64,000 nucleotides of DNA from Steroidobacteraceae bacterium (lineage in GTDB: Bacteria > Pseudomonadota > Gammaproteobacteria > Steroidobacterales > Steroidobacteraceae). The notes below the pieces were generated by a model, which did not search any database, had not been told where the DNA came from, and was given only the letters and a program-made list of their open reading frames with translations. Shown here piece by piece: positions 9,109-20,906 of the stretch; position 1 is the stretch's first letter, and every line of letters starts with the position of its first letter. The DNA is taken from positions 104,812 to 168,811 of the forward strand of contig JBMSXG010000001.1 in NCBI GenBank assembly GCA_049425405.1, written 5' to 3'. The translations under genes were made by a program, and so were the position numbers.

Positions 9109-10122
9109 GTGACGGCCACGGTCGCGCCGCTGGCCGTTCTCGGTGCCGGGTCCTGGGGCACCGCGCTGGCCATCCAATTTGCTCGAGCGGGGCATCCCAC
9201 CCGTTTGTGGGGTCGCGATGCCGCGCAGCAGCGCGAGATGGCACGCTCGCGCTGCAACGCACGCTACCTGCCGCAGGTCAGTTTCCCGGCATCGCTCGAG
9301 GTGCTCGAAGAGCTGGATGCAGCCCTCGCCGGCGTTGACGAGGTGCTCATCGCCGTGCCGAGTCATGCATTCCGTCCGCTGCTGCTGACTCTGGCGCCAC
9401 GATTGCCCGCACAGGTACGTATCGCTTGGGCGACCAAGGGATTCGAAACCGATACCGGGCTGCTACCGCACCAGGTGGCGCGATCGGTGTTCGGCGACTC
9501 ACGCGCCTTCGCGGTGCTCTCCGGTCCCACGTTCGCGAGCGAGGTAGGCGCAGGCCTGCCGACCGCGATGACCATCGCTTCGAGTGATGCTCAGTTCGCG
9601 GGCAACCTCGCCCGTCGGCTCTCCGCCGATCGCTTCCGCGCCTACACCTCGACCGACATTGTCGGTGTCGAGGTGGGCGGCGCCGTGAAAAACGTACTCG
9701 CGGTGGGGGCAGGTCTCACCGACGGACTCGGCTTCGGTGCCAATACTCGTGTCGCACTGATCACCCGTGGTCTGCTTGAGATGACGCGCCTCGGTGTATC
9801 ACTCGGTGCGCAGCGCGACACGTTCATGGGCCTCGCTGGACTCGGCGACGTCGTGCTCACCTGTACCGACGATCAGTCACGCAATCGGCGCTTCGGGCTG
9901 TTACTCGCAGCAGGGCGCTCGGTCGCAGACGCCCAAGCGAGCATCGGTCAGGTCGTCGAGGGATATTTGGCTGCCAAGGCCGTACACCAAGTCGCGAAAC
10001 GGCAAGAAGTCGAGATGCCGATCTGCGAGGGAATCTACCGTACTCTCTACGAGGGACTGCCCGCCGCCGAGGTCGTGCACGGTCTGATGACTCGACCGAT
10101 CAAGGCGGAGTTTGGCTCCTGA
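9109..10122 (+). CDS. gpsA: NAD(P)H-dependent glycerol-3-phosphate dehydrogenase
   Basis: GAGSWGTALA Rossmann motif, GAVKNV, GLGDVVLTCT. GTG start. Confidence 0.9.
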   Translation: MTATVAPLAVLGAGSWGTALAIQFARAGHPTRLWGRDAAQQREMARSRCNARYLPQVSFPASLEVLEELDAALAGVDEVLIAVPSHAFRPLLLTLAPRLPAQVRIAWATKGFETDTGLLPHQVARSVFGDSRAFAVLSGPTFASEVGAGLPTAMTIASSDAQFAGNLARRLSADRFRAYTSTDIVGVEVGGAVKNVLAVGAGLTDGLGFGANTRVALITRGLLEMTRLGVSLGAQRDTFMGLAGLGDVVLTCTDDQSRNRRFGLLLAAGRSVADAQASIGQVVEGYLAAKAVHQVAKRQEVEMPICEGIYRTLYEGLPAAEVVHGLMTRPIKAEFGS

Positions 10123-10576
10123 AACCGTTCTGGCGCCAGGCCTCATAGGTCACAAGCGTCACGGCGTTCGAGAGGTTCAAGCTGCGGTTGCCGGCACGCA
10201 TCGGGATCTCGAGCTGCGCCTGTGGGCCAAGCTCTGCGAGGATCGACTGGGGTAGGCCACGCCGCTCCGAGCCGAACAGCAACACATCACCCGCCCGGTA
10301 ACTCACCTCATCGTAGCGCCGCTGCCCTCCCGTCTCGATCGCATACCACGCCCCGCTGCCGCCCGCGAGCACTGCCCGACAGGCGGCGAAGCTCTCATGC
10401 ACCTGTACCGCAGCCATCCATCGATAGTCGAGCCCGGCGCGTCGTACCGAACGACGATCGAGATCGAAGCCGAGCGGACGGATGAGATGCAGCACCGCAC
10501 CGGTGTTCGCGCAGAGACGGATCACGTTACCCGTATTGGGCGGGATCTCTGGCTCATGTAACACGAGGTGAAACAT
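10100..10576 (-). CDS. trmL: tRNA (cytidine/uridine-34 2'-O)-methyltransferase, SpoU family
   Basis: LHEPEIPPNTGNVIRLC ... LLFGSERRGLP ... SLNLSNA are SPOUT motifs. Start at internal ATG 10576 gives 158 aa. Confidence 0.85.
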   Translation of the reverse strand: MFHLVLHEPEIPPNTGNVIRLCANTGAVLHLIRPLGFDLDRRSVRRAGLDYRWMAAVQVHESFAACRAVLAGGSGAWYAIETGGQRRYDEVSYRAGDVLLFGSERRGLPQSILAELGPQAQLEIPMRAGNRSLNLSNAVTLVTYEAWRQNGFRSQTPP

Positions 10577-10628
10577 CACTGCATGGTAGCAACGCGGGCA
10601 AGCAGGCTGTCGGTGTATCATTCTCCCC

Positions 10629-11579
10629 ATGGCTGCTGCGCCCGACGTCGTCGACTCTCCGCTGCGCTACCGCTTCCTCGGTCTCGATTTCGCCTCACCC
10701 ATCGTGCTGCTGTCAGGCTGCGTGGGGTTTGGCGAGGAATACACTCGCGTCGAGGGATTCTCCAACCGTGACTGTGGTGGCGTGGTGCTCAAGGGCACGA
10801 CGCTTGAGCCGCGTCTCGGCAATCCGCCACATCGCGTTTATGAAACACCGATGGGCATGCTTAACGCCATCGGGCTGCAAAATCCCGGCACTGAGCACGT
10901 GATCCGTCACATTCTGCCGACTCTCGATTTTACCGAGACGCGCTTCATCGCCAACGTGTCGGGCTCAACCATCGAGGAATATGCCGAGGTCACCCGCCGG
11001 TTCGACGACTCACCGATCGATGCCATCGAAATCAACATCTCCTGTCCTAATGTCAAAGAAGGGGGTGTTGCATTCGGTAACTACCCCGAAATGTCGGCGC
11101 GAGTGGTCAGCGCCTGTCGCGCGGTGACGCGCAAGCCGCTCATCACCAAGCTCTCGCCGAACCAGACCGACATCCGCGAGAACGCCCGGCTGTGCATCGA
11201 GGCGGGCAGCGACGGTCTCTCGGTGATCAACACCATCATGGGCATGGCCATCGACGCCAAAACGCGCCGCCCGGTAATCGGCAACGTTCAGGGCGGGCTG
11301 TCGGGTCCGGCCATCAAGCCGATCGCGCTGCTCAAGGTGCATCAGGTCTACGACATCGCCAAGAAGCACAACGTACCAATCATCGGTCAGGGGGGTATCA
11401 CCACTGCGACCGATGCGATCGAGTTTCTGATTGCAGGTGCGAGTGCGATAGGCATCGGGACTTCGCTGTTCTACGATCCGATGGCCTGCAAGAAAATCAA
11501 CGCCGGCATCGCCGACTATCTGCGCACGCAGGGTCTCGCAAACGTCACCGAGCTCGTCGGTACACTGCGCCTCGGCTGA
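10629..11579 (+). CDS. pyrD: dihydroorotate dehydrogenase, class-1B-type catalytic subunit (or close DHOD/DHPD-like homologue)
   Basis: IEINISCPNVKEGGVAFG (Cys active-site loop), GLSGPAIKPIAL, GGITTATDAIEF resemble Gram-positive PyrD-B, not the membrane class-2 enzyme. Confidence 0.75.
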   Translation: MAAAPDVVDSPLRYRFLGLDFASPIVLLSGCVGFGEEYTRVEGFSNRDCGGVVLKGTTLEPRLGNPPHRVYETPMGMLNAIGLQNPGTEHVIRHILPTLDFTETRFIANVSGSTIEEYAEVTRRFDDSPIDAIEINISCPNVKEGGVAFGNYPEMSARVVSACRAVTRKPLITKLSPNQTDIRENARLCIEAGSDGLSVINTIMGMAIDAKTRRPVIGNVQGGLSGPAIKPIALLKVHQVYDIAKKHNVPIIGQGGITTATDAIEFLIAGASAIGIGTSLFYDPMACKKINAGIADYLRTQGLANVTELVGTLRLG

Positions 11580-12638
11580 TCAGCTGCGATCCTGGCGCAG
11601 AATCACGGTGCGCGTCGGATAAGCAAAGGCGATCCCTGCCCCGGTCAGCGCTGCATGGATGCGGCGGTTCACCTCGTCATTGATGCGCGAGAACTTGTAA
11701 CGCGCATCGGTCGGGCTGGTCACAAAATAAATGATCTCGAATTGCAGCGCAGAATCGCCGAAGGTCTTGAAGTGGCAGACTTCGAATCGGGTCTCGGCCA
11801 CGCCCCGTACCGCCGCCTCGACTAGCGGTGACACCCGTGCGAGTTTTTCGGAAGAGGTGTCGTAGGCGATGCCGATCGTCAGCAGCGACCGGCGCTCCGG
11901 CATACGCCCGAGGTTGTGCACTCGTCCGCTCGTCAGACTGGTGTTTGAGAAGATGATCTGCTCACCCGTGAGACTGCGCAGCCGAGTGCTGCGGATACCG
12001 ATGTGTTCAACCGTACCCTCCACCTCGCCCACCCGCAGCCAGTCACCGATGTCGAAGGGCTTGTCGAGCGTGATCGACAGCGAGGCGAGTAAATCGCCAA
12101 GCATCGTCTGCACCGCCAAAGCCACCGCGATGCCGCCGATTCCCAGGCCAGCGACGAGCGTGGTGATGTTCACGCCGAGGTTATCTAGCGCGAGCAATAG
12201 CGCCACCACATAGACGGCGCCTTGGCCGATGACCGTCAGCACGCTGATCATGCCGCTCTGGCGCTCGCCGAGACCGACGAGGACCCGCCCCTCACGCCGA
12301 CCGAGCAGGTGTTTCACTGCGGCCGAGCCCCAGAGGGCCACCTGCAGCCAGAATGCGGCGACGATCACCACATCGGCGATGCGATCGAGGCGGCTCGGCA
12401 GCTCAAGGAAGCGGCCGGCGGCGTACAGGGCGACGAGGAGCAGGAAGAACCAGCGCGTTCGCTGGATCAGCAGCAAAATCAGATCGACGCCATGATGATC
12501 GCCCGCGATACGCTGGGCGCGCCGCATCAGCGTGCGGCGCAACAGCGGCAACACCGTGAACGTCACGGCGAAGGCGAGTGCCGCAAGCAGCCACTGTGAG
12601 AGCGGGTTGCCGAAATGAATGTCATCGAGCAGGGTCAT
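11580..12638 (-). CDS. MscS-family mechanosensitive channel
   Basis: N-terminal TM helices plus LGDLLASLSITLDKPFDIGDWL..GTVEHIGIRSTRL (MscS beta domain). Confidence 0.85.
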   Translation of the reverse strand: MTLLDDIHFGNPLSQWLLAALAFAVTFTVLPLLRRTLMRRAQRIAGDHHGVDLILLLIQRTRWFFLLLVALYAAGRFLELPSRLDRIADVVIVAAFWLQVALWGSAAVKHLLGRREGRVLVGLGERQSGMISVLTVIGQGAVYVVALLLALDNLGVNITTLVAGLGIGGIAVALAVQTMLGDLLASLSITLDKPFDIGDWLRVGEVEGTVEHIGIRSTRLRSLTGEQIIFSNTSLTSGRVHNLGRMPERRSLLTIGIAYDTSSEKLARVSPLVEAAVRGVAETRFEVCHFKTFGDSALQFEIIYFVTSPTDARYKFSRINDEVNRRIHAALTGAGIAFAYPTRTVILRQDRS

Positions 12639-12650
12639 CGCATCACCTCA

Positions 12651-14156
12651 TCATGAGCGGGCGCGGCCGTCACGCCCATAAAGATGACACAACGCCGCGA
12701 GGCGTTGTGCAGGCTCCGCTCCGAACTGCCCCCAATGGAAGCGCCAGCTCCAGCAGCCCTGCGCCTGCCCCGGGGTGTTCATCCGGTGACGGGTATCCAA
12801 GCCGAGAATATCCTGCAGCGGATGGATCGCAGTGTCGGCCACGCTGGCGCAGGCAGCACGCACCAATGTCCAGTGGATCTGCTCGTCGTTACAGCCGAAG
12901 TAGTCCATCACCTGTCGACGTACCCCAGGATCAACGGCTGCCCACCAGCCCACGGCGGTATCGTTGTCGTGCGTGCCCGTATAAACCACCGAGTCGCGTT
13001 CGTGGTTGTGCGGCAGATAGGCATTGTCAGGATCTCCATTCCACGCGAATTGCAGGATGCGCATGCCCGGCAGATCAAAGCGGCGGCGCAGGCTAACCAC
13101 ATCCGGCGTGAGCGTGCCGAGATCCTCGGCGATGATCGGCAGCGGTCCGAGCGCGTGCGCCAGGGCATCGAAGAGCGCAGCGCCGGGCCCGAGTACCCAC
13201 TGCCCATTGAGCGCGGTGGCCTCGTGTACGGGGATGCGCCAGAACGCGGCAAACCCGCGGAAATGATCGATACGCAGGATATCGACAAGCTCGAGAACGC
13301 TGCGGATCCGCTCGATCCACCAGAGATAGCCCTGCTGTGCATGGGCACTCCAGCGATAAAGCGGATTGCCCCAACGCTGACCTGTGGCGCTGAAATAATC
13401 GGGTGGTACTCCCGCCACCGACTCGGGGCGCCCCTCGGCGTCGAGCTCAAACAAGCTCTGGTTCGCCCAAACGTCGGCGCTCTGCCAAGCGACAAAAATT
13501 GGTACATCGCCAATGATCTGTACGCCACGCTCGTTGGCATAACGACGCAGCGACTGCCACTGACGGAAGAAACACCACTGTATGAAGGAATGCTGACGGA
13601 CGGCCGCAGCGAGTCGCGTGCGTGCGGCTGCAAGCGCACTCGCATCGCGACGCGCAAGACCATCAGGCCACTCAGACCACGGCCGACCTTGCTGCTCGTT
13701 GGCGAGCGCCTGGAATAGCGCGTGATCAGCAAGCCAGTGCGCGTGCTGCGCACAAAACGCGCTGAACTCCTGCTGCTCAGCAGGCGTCGCTCGCTGTTCA
13801 AAATGATGTGCGGCACGTGCGAGGCGCTGCTCTCGCCAGGGGATCACCTGCTCGAAGCGGATCCGCTCCACCTCGAAGTCCGGGTGCGGTACCAGATCCT
13901 CGTGTGCAAGCCAGCCGCGCGCATGCAGATCGTGTAGGTCGACCAGCAGCGGATTGCCGGCGAATGCCGAGCGACTCATGTAGGGCGAGTGACCTTCCCC
14001 GATGCCACCGAGGGGCAGCACTTGCCATAGGCGCTGGCCGGCCGTCACGAGCCAGTCGACGAAATGGTAAGCGCTGGCGCCCAGATCACCGCTGCCATGC
14101 GGCCCGGGCAATGAGCTCGGATGCAGCAACACGCCGCTGGCGCGAGGGAATCTCAT
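12651..14156 (-). CDS. malQ: 4-alpha-glucanotransferase (amylomaltase)
   Basis: SGVLLHPSSLPGP..G, IIGDVPIFV, RIDHFRG, IAEDLG, YTGTHDNDT are GH77 motifs. Start at ATG 14156 overlaps the glgX stop. Confidence 0.9.
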   Translation of the reverse strand: MRFPRASGVLLHPSSLPGPHGSGDLGASAYHFVDWLVTAGQRLWQVLPLGGIGEGHSPYMSRSAFAGNPLLVDLHDLHARGWLAHEDLVPHPDFEVERIRFEQVIPWREQRLARAAHHFEQRATPAEQQEFSAFCAQHAHWLADHALFQALANEQQGRPWSEWPDGLARRDASALAAARTRLAAAVRQHSFIQWCFFRQWQSLRRYANERGVQIIGDVPIFVAWQSADVWANQSLFELDAEGRPESVAGVPPDYFSATGQRWGNPLYRWSAHAQQGYLWWIERIRSVLELVDILRIDHFRGFAAFWRIPVHEATALNGQWVLGPGAALFDALAHALGPLPIIAEDLGTLTPDVVSLRRRFDLPGMRILQFAWNGDPDNAYLPHNHERDSVVYTGTHDNDTAVGWWAAVDPGVRRQVMDYFGCNDEQIHWTLVRAACASVADTAIHPLQDILGLDTRHRMNTPGQAQGCWSWRFHWGQFGAEPAQRLAALCHLYGRDGRARS

Positions 14157-16225
14157 GGCAACCGCTCCAACAGCCACACAGACTGGGCGGGGAGCGACGC
14201 GCTCGTCGACAGTGGCGAGGAGCCGGCCGGGGCGCCATCGGCGCAGCTGCTGTCTAGCAGCACGCCCCAACGACCGCGCGGAAGTTGGAAGTCGCGCCGA
14301 GAATGCTCGCCGTTTATAAGTAATAGCAATGCTTGGGCACTGCGTCCGGGTTCATGAATAAGAGCCCCGAGGCAGCGAAGCTCCGAATGATGCCAAGCCT
14401 CGCCCTGCAGCGGCCCGCCTTCCGGCACCAGCCACTCGAGATCGTGGGCCGACGGTTCTGCGCGCAGCCCGTGATACCAGGCGTTACGCAGCGGCAGTCG
14501 CTCGCAGCGCAACTTCACGAGATGTCGTACGTAGGCGAGTAGCGTCTCATCGGCCCGCTCCCAGTCGAGCCAACTCAGCGCGGAATCCTGGCAGTAGGCG
14601 TTGTTATTGCCATGCTGCGTGTGCCCAAGCTCAGATCCGGCCGCCAGCATCGGCGTGCCCTGCGCCAACAATACCGAGGCGAGTAGCGCCCGCTGCGCCC
14701 GACCCCGGGCGACTTGGATCTCGATGCGATGGGTCTCGCCCTCGACACCGAAGTGGCAACTGAAATTATCGGTGTGACCGTCCCGGTTTCCCTCACCGTT
14801 GGCCTCGTTATGGCGTCGCTCGTAACTGACGAGATCTCGCAAGGTGAAGCCGTCGTGGGAGCTGATGTAGTTGATCGAATCGGCAGGCTCGCGATGTGGC
14901 TGCTGAAAGGTATCGGACGAGCCGCACAAACGCTGAGCGAACTCTCCACGGCTCACGTGTCCGCACAACCAAAAACGACGCATTCCGTCGCGGAAACGAT
15001 CGTTCCATTCGTGCCATCCTGCTGGGAATCGTCCGAGCTGGTAGCCATCAGCCCCAACATCCCAAGGCTCGGCGATCAACCTTACGCCGGCAAGCACTGG
15101 ATCCTGTGCAATCGCTTGAAAGAGCGGAGCGCGCGGATCGAATCCGCTCGTACTGCGCGCGAGTACGGATGCGAGATCGAAGCGGAAACCATCGACATGC
15201 ATTTCAAGAACCCAATAGCGCAGTACATCCATCACGAACTGCAGCACCCGAGGCTGGCGCAGATCGAAGGCATTGCCGCAGCCGGAGTGGTTGAGATACC
15301 GATCTGGCCATTGGGGGTCGAGCCAATACCAGCTCGCATTATCTAGGCCACGCCAACAGAACGTCGGGCCACGTGCGTCACCCTCACCGCTGTGATTGAG
15401 CACGATGTCGAGCACCACCTCGATTCCGGCGCGGTGTAGTGCCCGAACCATGTCCCGAAATTCCGTTCTTACCGCTCGGGCGTGATCCGGCTCGGCGCCG
15501 GCACGGGCGAGTCGGGGCTCCGGACAGAAAAACCCAAGCGTGTTGTAACCCCAGTAGTTCACGAGTCCTCGCTCTACGAGAGCCCGTTCGTCGAGTCGTT
15601 GTTGGACGGGTAGCAGCTCCACCGTCGTGACGCCGAGGCGCTGCAAGTGCTCGATGGCGACCGGATGTGCAAGCCCCGCGTAGGTACCGCGTAAGGCTTC
15701 GGGAATCCCGGGGTGCCGTTGCGTAAAACCCTTCACATGCAGTTCGTAGAGAAGAAGTGATTCGCGCGCGGGCGTCGGTCGTCGATCGTCCTGCCAGTCG
15801 TAGACGTCGTGGACGACTCGTGCCTTGAGCGCCGTGACGGCGTTATCGTGTTCGTCGAAACGTAACGGGTAGGCTTGATCCGTCCCGACATCAACGCTCC
15901 AGTGGAATCGGCCGACGATCTCGCGCGCCCAAGGGTCGAGCAGCAGCTTGTGCGGATTGAAACGATGTCCCTGATGGGGTTGCCACGGTCCATGCGCGCG
16001 CAAACCATAAACGAGACCTGGTATCGCACCACGCAGATAGCCGTGAAAGACATCCTGGGTCCGGCCCGGCAGCGGAAAACGCGCCTGCTCTTGCCGACCC
16101 TGTGAGTCAAACACGCATAAATCGATGCGCTCTGCGTGGTTCGACCAGACTGCAATATTGACGCCAGCACCGTCCCAATGCGCCCCGAGAGGCCAAGCGC
16201 GTCCGATCTCGAGCGGCGGCATCAC
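14153..16225 (-). CDS. glgX: glycogen debranching enzyme
   Basis: GH13 motifs [27 protein letters not shown]. Length and N-terminus match GlgX. Confidence 0.9.
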   Translation of the reverse strand: MMPPLEIGRAWPLGAHWDGAGVNIAVWSNHAERIDLCVFDSQGRQEQARFPLPGRTQDVFHGYLRGAIPGLVYGLRAHGPWQPHQGHRFNPHKLLLDPWAREIVGRFHWSVDVGTDQAYPLRFDEHDNAVTALKARVVHDVYDWQDDRRPTPARESLLLYELHVKGFTQRHPGIPEALRGTYAGLAHPVAIEHLQRLGVTTVELLPVQQRLDERALVERGLVNYWGYNTLGFFCPEPRLARAGAEPDHARAVRTEFRDMVRALHRAGIEVVLDIVLNHSGEGDARGPTFCWRGLDNASWYWLDPQWPDRYLNHSGCGNAFDLRQPRVLQFVMDVLRYWVLEMHVDGFRFDLASVLARSTSGFDPRAPLFQAIAQDPVLAGVRLIAEPWDVGADGYQLGRFPAGWHEWNDRFRDGMRRFWLCGHVSRGEFAQRLCGSSDTFQQPHREPADSINYISSHDGFTLRDLVSYERRHNEANGEGNRDGHTDNFSCHFGVEGETHRIEIQVARGRAQRALLASVLLAQGTPMLAAGSELGHTQHGNNNAYCQDSALSWLDWERADETLLAYVRHLVKLRCERLPLRNAWYHGLRAEPSAHDLEWLVPEGGPLQGEAWHHSELRCLGALIHEPGRSAQALLLLINGEHSRRDFQLPRGRWGVLLDSSCADGAPAGSSPLSTSASLPAQSVWLLERLP

Positions 16226-18405
16226 GTTGGCGACTCGATAAACACCGTGGCCAGTGGCGGCAGACGCAGCACGATCGAGTGGGTATGCCCGTGTGCAGGT
16301 ATCGGCTCGCTCTCGTAAGCACCGTGCGGCGCTCCGGCGTCGCTCCCACCGTAATACGCCGAGTCCGTATTGAGCCGTTCGAGATATCGACCTGGCTGCG
16401 GTACGCCGACCCGATAGCCTTCGCGCAGAAGCGGCGTGAAATGGCAGACGATCATCATGAAGCGTCGCGGATCTTTCCCTCGACGCATGAAAACGAATGT
16501 AGAACTGGCGGCATCGTCGGCGACCAACCAGGCGAAGCCCTGTGAATCCCCATCGCGCTCATACAACGCGGGGCTATTGCGATAAAGCTGGTTAAGATCG
16601 CGCACCAGCGACTGTACGCCGCGGTGCGGCGTCTGTTCGAGCAGCGACCAGTCGAGTTCGCCATCGTGGTTCCACTCCCGTTGCTGTGCGAATTCGCAAC
16701 CCATGAACAACAACTTCTTGCCCGGATGGCCGAACATGAAGCCGAGATAGGCGCGCAAATTCGCGAACTGCTGCCAGTTGTCGCCCGGCATTCGACCGAG
16801 CAACGACCCCTTGCCATGCACCACTTCATCGTGCGAGATCGGTAGTACGAATTGTTCGCTAAATGCATACCAGAGCCCGAAGGTGATCTCACCGTGATGA
16901 TGCGCCCGATGTATCGGGTCGCGACTGATGTAGCGCAGGGTGTCGTTCATCCACCCGAGGTTCCACTTGAAACGAAAGCCGAGGCCCCCAGCGCCCGCAG
17001 GCTGAGTGACGCGAGGAAAGGCCGTTGACTCCTCGGCGATCATCGCCGCTTCCGACCGCTCGTGAGCGATCAGTGAGTTGACGTAGCGCAGGAAGGCAAT
17101 CGCCTCGAGATTGTCGCGACCCCCGTCACGGTTCGGGATCCACTCGCCCTCGCGTCGGCTGTAGTCGCGATACAGCATCGAGGCGACCGCATCGACGCGC
17201 AGCCCGTCGACGCCGAAGCGCTCGAGCCAATAGAGCGCATTGCCTGCCAGGAAATTGCAGACCTCGCGTCGACCGTAGTTATAAATCAGCGTATTCCAGT
17301 CGGGGTGAAGCCCCTCGCGTGGATCAGCATGTTCGTAGAGCGCTGTACCGTCGAAACGCGCCAAACCGTGCGCGTCGGTCGGGAAATGTGCCGGCACCCA
17401 ATCGAGCAAGACGCCAAGACCCGCGGCATGGCAGCGCTCGACGAATCGGCGCAGGCCATCGGGCCCACCCTGTCGCGCGCTCGGAGCGTAAAGTCCGGTG
17501 GGCTGGTAACCCCAGGAACCATCGAACGGGTGCTCGCTCACCGGCAGCAACTCAAGATGCGTGAAGCCCAGATCGCTGGCGTAAGGGATCAGTGTCTCAG
17601 CGAGCTCGTCCCAGTCAACGAAGGCGTCACGTCCGGCCTGCCGTCGCCACGAGCCGACATGGACCTCGTAGATACTGATGGGTGCATCGATGGCATTCGC
17701 GCGCGCGCGCACCGGGGATGGCGGCACGATCGGGGGCAGCGGAGCGACGATGCTCGCCGTCTGCGGTCGCAACTGTGCGGCCCGGGCGTAGGGATCGGCT
17801 TTTTGAGTCAGCCGTAGGCCCTCTCGACTACACAGCTCATATTTATAGAGTGCGCCGCAGCTCACCCCGGGAAGGAACAGCTCCCACAGGCCGCCACCAT
17901 GACGCAGGCGCATCGGATGTCGGCGAGCGTCCCAGTGGTTGAACTCACCGACCACGCTCACCGCCCAAGCGTTCGGTGCCCACACGACGAAGCGTGTACC
18001 CGATACACCGGAGAGCTCGCAGGGTTCGGCGCCGAGCACCTCGTAGGGTCGACGGTGAGTCCCCTCCGCGAGTAGCCAAGCATCCTTATCGCTGAGCACG
18101 TGGCCAAAACGATAGGGATCCTCAAGCACAGCCTCGCCACCAACGAGCCAGCGTACCCGCAGTCGGTACACCTCAAGACACTGCGGCGGTAGCACCCCCT
18201 CAAAGAATCCTTCACCGCCGTGGCGCTTCAGTGCCACAACCATCGGTTGAGTCGCAGTGTCGGCGAGCACATCCACGCTCGCTGCACCCGGCAGCATCGC
18301 CCGTACGATCAGATGGCCATCGGCCTGTCGGTGTGGCCCGAGTACGGCGAAGGGGTCGGGATGGCGCGCTGCGCAGAGGGCCTCGATGTCGGCCATGGCA
18401 AGCAT
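16222..18405 (-). CDS. glgB: 1,4-alpha-glucan branching enzyme
   Basis: [34 protein letters not shown]. Start at internal ATG 18405 gives 727 aa and overlaps the glgP stop (alternative ATG 18396). Confidence 0.9.
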   Translation of the reverse strand: MLAMADIEALCAARHPDPFAVLGPHRQADGHLIVRAMLPGAASVDVLADTATQPMVVALKRHGGEGFFEGVLPPQCLEVYRLRVRWLVGGEAVLEDPYRFGHVLSDKDAWLLAEGTHRRPYEVLGAEPCELSGVSGTRFVVWAPNAWAVSVVGEFNHWDARRHPMRLRHGGGLWELFLPGVSCGALYKYELCSREGLRLTQKADPYARAAQLRPQTASIVAPLPPIVPPSPVRARANAIDAPISIYEVHVGSWRRQAGRDAFVDWDELAETLIPYASDLGFTHLELLPVSEHPFDGSWGYQPTGLYAPSARQGGPDGLRRFVERCHAAGLGVLLDWVPAHFPTDAHGLARFDGTALYEHADPREGLHPDWNTLIYNYGRREVCNFLAGNALYWLERFGVDGLRVDAVASMLYRDYSRREGEWIPNRDGGRDNLEAIAFLRYVNSLIAHERSEAAMIAEESTAFPRVTQPAGAGGLGFRFKWNLGWMNDTLRYISRDPIHRAHHHGEITFGLWYAFSEQFVLPISHDEVVHGKGSLLGRMPGDNWQQFANLRAYLGFMFGHPGKKLLFMGCEFAQQREWNHDGELDWSLLEQTPHRGVQSLVRDLNQLYRNSPALYERDGDSQGFAWLVADDAASSTFVFMRRGKDPRRFMMIVCHFTPLLREGYRVGVPQPGRYLERLNTDSAYYGGSDAGAPHGAYESEPIPAHGHTHSIVLRLPPLATVFIESPT

Positions 18406-20894
18406 CAGTGGCGCGGCGTCACTCGCCAGATACGCTCGGCATATTCGCGAATGCTTCGATCGGAAGAAAAACGCCCCATGGCAGCCACGGTGATGATCGA
18501 GGAGCGATCCCATGACGCTCTCGTGCGATACGCCTGATCGATGCGCTGCTGCGCGGCAATGTAGGCGTCATAGTCTGCAAGCACGAGGTAATGATCGCCC
18601 CCCCACAGCAGCGCGTTAACGATACCGCGATGTCGCTCCGGATCATCCGGCGAGAAGGCGCCACCGGCGATGGCATCCAGAGCATTACGTAGCGGTTCGT
18701 TGGCGGTATACAGCGTCATCGGTTGGTAGCCGTTACGCCGTACCGCCGCCACTTCGGGTGTACGCAGACCGAAGACGAATAGATGTGCATCACCGACGGC
18801 CTGGCGAATCTCGATGTTGGCTCCATCCTCAGTGCCGAGCGTCAACGCCCCGTTCAAGGCGAGTTTCATGTTGCCGGTACCGGAGGCCTCGGTGCCCGCA
18901 GTCGAGATCTGCTGTGACAGCTCAGCGGCCGGAATGATCTTCTCGGCAATCGAGACGCCATAGTTCGGCACGAACACCACTCGTAGCCGTCCCGCCACGC
19001 GCGGATCGGCATCGATGGTACGCGCGACATCGTGGATGAGCCGGATGATGGCCTTGGCCATCGCGTAAGACGAGGCGGCCTTACCGGCGAAGATCACGGT
19101 ACGCGGGGTCCAGTCCAGCTGCGGATAGGCGATCATCGTCTGGTAGCGCGTCACCACGTGCAGCACGTTGAGCAGCTGCCGCTTGTATTCGTGGACGCGC
19201 TTGATATGCACGTCGAACAATGATTCTGGATCAACAGTCATGCCATGCTCGATAGCGAGCCATCGGGCAAGTGCCTGTTTATTCGCCTGTTTCACGCGTC
19301 GGAACGCTTCGCGAAACCCGGCATCCTCGGCCTGCGGTGCCAAATCGGCGAGCCGTTCGAAATCGGCTCGCCAGGTAACACCCAGAGTGTCGTCAATTAA
19401 TCCGGCAAGCGCGGTGTTGCTTTGTGCCAGCCAACGACGTGGCGTCACACCGTTGGTAACGTTGGTAAAGCGCTCAGGCCAGAGTCTTGCGAAATCGTGA
19501 AAGATCGTCTGCACGAGCAGGTCAGAGTGCAGTTCCGACACCCCGTTGACGCGCTGGCTGCCGACGATCGACAGATGTGCCATACGAACCCGCCGTTCGC
19601 CCTGCTCATCGATCAGCGAGAGTCGAGCGAGCAGATCGAGATCCCCCGGATAGCGTTGCGCGGCCAGATCGAGCAACTCTTGATTAATGCGATAGATGAT
19701 TTCGAGGTGACGCGGCAGTACGTGACCAAGGAGCTCGACGGGCCAGGTCTCTAGCGCCTCGGGCATCAGTGTATGGTTGGTATACGAGAACACCTGACGC
19801 GTGATCTGCCAGGCCCGCTCCCACGGCAGATCAAACTCATCGTGCAAACGTCGCTGTAGCTCGGCGACCCCGATCGCCGGATGCGTGTCATTCAGGTGGA
19901 TCGCGATCTGATCTGCCAGGGTCTCGAGCGATCCGTGTTCGGCGAGATGGTCTCGCAAGATGTCTTCGAGTGAGGCGGCGACGAAAAAATATTCCTGGCG
20001 CAGGCGTAGCTCGCGACCGGCGGGCGTGCTGTCGTTGGGATAGAGCACCCAAGAAATATTCTCGTACTGGTTCTTCACCGCAGCGGCACGCGCATAGTCA
20101 CCGCTGTTGAAGGTGGACAAATCGAGTGACTCCGGCGCTGCGGCTCGCCACAGTCGTAGCGTGCTAACCGACTCCGTACCGTGCCCCGGGATGATCACAT
20201 CGTAGGCTCTGGCGAGCACCTCGCCCGCTGGATGCCACACCGCGCGGCCGGTCGCATGCTCGACGCGTCCACCAAAGCACACCCGGCAATCTAGACCGCG
20301 ACGCGGAAACTCCCAGGGATGCCCATCGGCGAGCCAGGGGTCAGGTCGTTCGATTTGTTCACCGGCGGCGATCGTCTGCGCGAACATGCCGTACTCGTAA
20401 CGAATCCCGTAGCCCATCGACGGCACACCGAGCGTGGCCATCGAGTCGAGGAAGCAGGCGGCCAGACGCCCGAGCCCCCCGTTGCCGAGCCCTGGATCGA
20501 CCTCACTGTCGGCCACCTGCTCGAGACGCACCGCCCTAGCCTGCAGGGTCGCTCGTACGACAGGATCGAGCTCAAGGGCTGCCAGGGCATTACCCAGAGA
20601 GCGCCCGATCAGAAATTCCATCGACAGATAGTGCACACGGCGCTGGCCACTCGCGCGCTCGCGCTGCAGGGTGGCGATCTGGCGCCGCGCCAATTCGGTG
20701 CGTACCGACCGTGCCACGGCCCGCAGCAGCTCGCTCGGTGCGGTGGCGTCCGGCGCGACGCCCGCTTCACCTAGAAGATGCGCCTGTAGCTCGCGGATGA
20801 ACGACTCTTGGGGATCTTGTGCCACGGAAAATTCAGCCGTGCAAAAAAAACGCACTATCATACCTACAACCGGCGCTCTCCCGACCGTCGGCAT
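18405..20894 (-). CDS. glgP: glycogen/maltodextrin phosphorylase
   Basis: [24 protein letters not shown] (PLP-Lys region). Start uncertain: ATG 20894, or ATG 20861 giving 818 aa. Confidence 0.9.
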   Translation of the reverse strand: MPTVGRAPVVGMIVRFFCTAEFSVAQDPQESFIRELQAHLLGEAGVAPDATAPSELLRAVARSVRTELARRQIATLQRERASGQRRVHYLSMEFLIGRSLGNALAALELDPVVRATLQARAVRLEQVADSEVDPGLGNGGLGRLAACFLDSMATLGVPSMGYGIRYEYGMFAQTIAAGEQIERPDPWLADGHPWEFPRRGLDCRVCFGGRVEHATGRAVWHPAGEVLARAYDVIIPGHGTESVSTLRLWRAAAPESLDLSTFNSGDYARAAAVKNQYENISWVLYPNDSTPAGRELRLRQEYFFVAASLEDILRDHLAEHGSLETLADQIAIHLNDTHPAIGVAELQRRLHDEFDLPWERAWQITRQVFSYTNHTLMPEALETWPVELLGHVLPRHLEIIYRINQELLDLAAQRYPGDLDLLARLSLIDEQGERRVRMAHLSIVGSQRVNGVSELHSDLLVQTIFHDFARLWPERFTNVTNGVTPRRWLAQSNTALAGLIDDTLGVTWRADFERLADLAPQAEDAGFREAFRRVKQANKQALARWLAIEHGMTVDPESLFDVHIKRVHEYKRQLLNVLHVVTRYQTMIAYPQLDWTPRTVIFAGKAASSYAMAKAIIRLIHDVARTIDADPRVAGRLRVVFVPNYGVSIAEKIIPAAELSQQISTAGTEASGTGNMKLALNGALTLGTEDGANIEIRQAVGDAHLFVFGLRTPEVAAVRRNGYQPMTLYTANEPLRNALDAIAGGAFSPDDPERHRGIVNALLWGGDHYLVLADYDAYIAAQQRIDQAYRTRASWDRSSIITVAAMGRFSSDRSIREYAERIWRVTPRH

Positions 20895-20906
20895 CGGAGT
20901 GAGCGC

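Noticed and set aside
12684-13718. 344-aa ORF antisense to malQ, plus similar antisense ORFs at 35708-36448 (gyrB), 59649-60443 and 60495-61538 (mnmG), and 14714-15346 (glgX)
   Set aside because: All lie wholly within strongly supported genes on the other strand and show the Arg/Pro/Gly bias of shadow frames.
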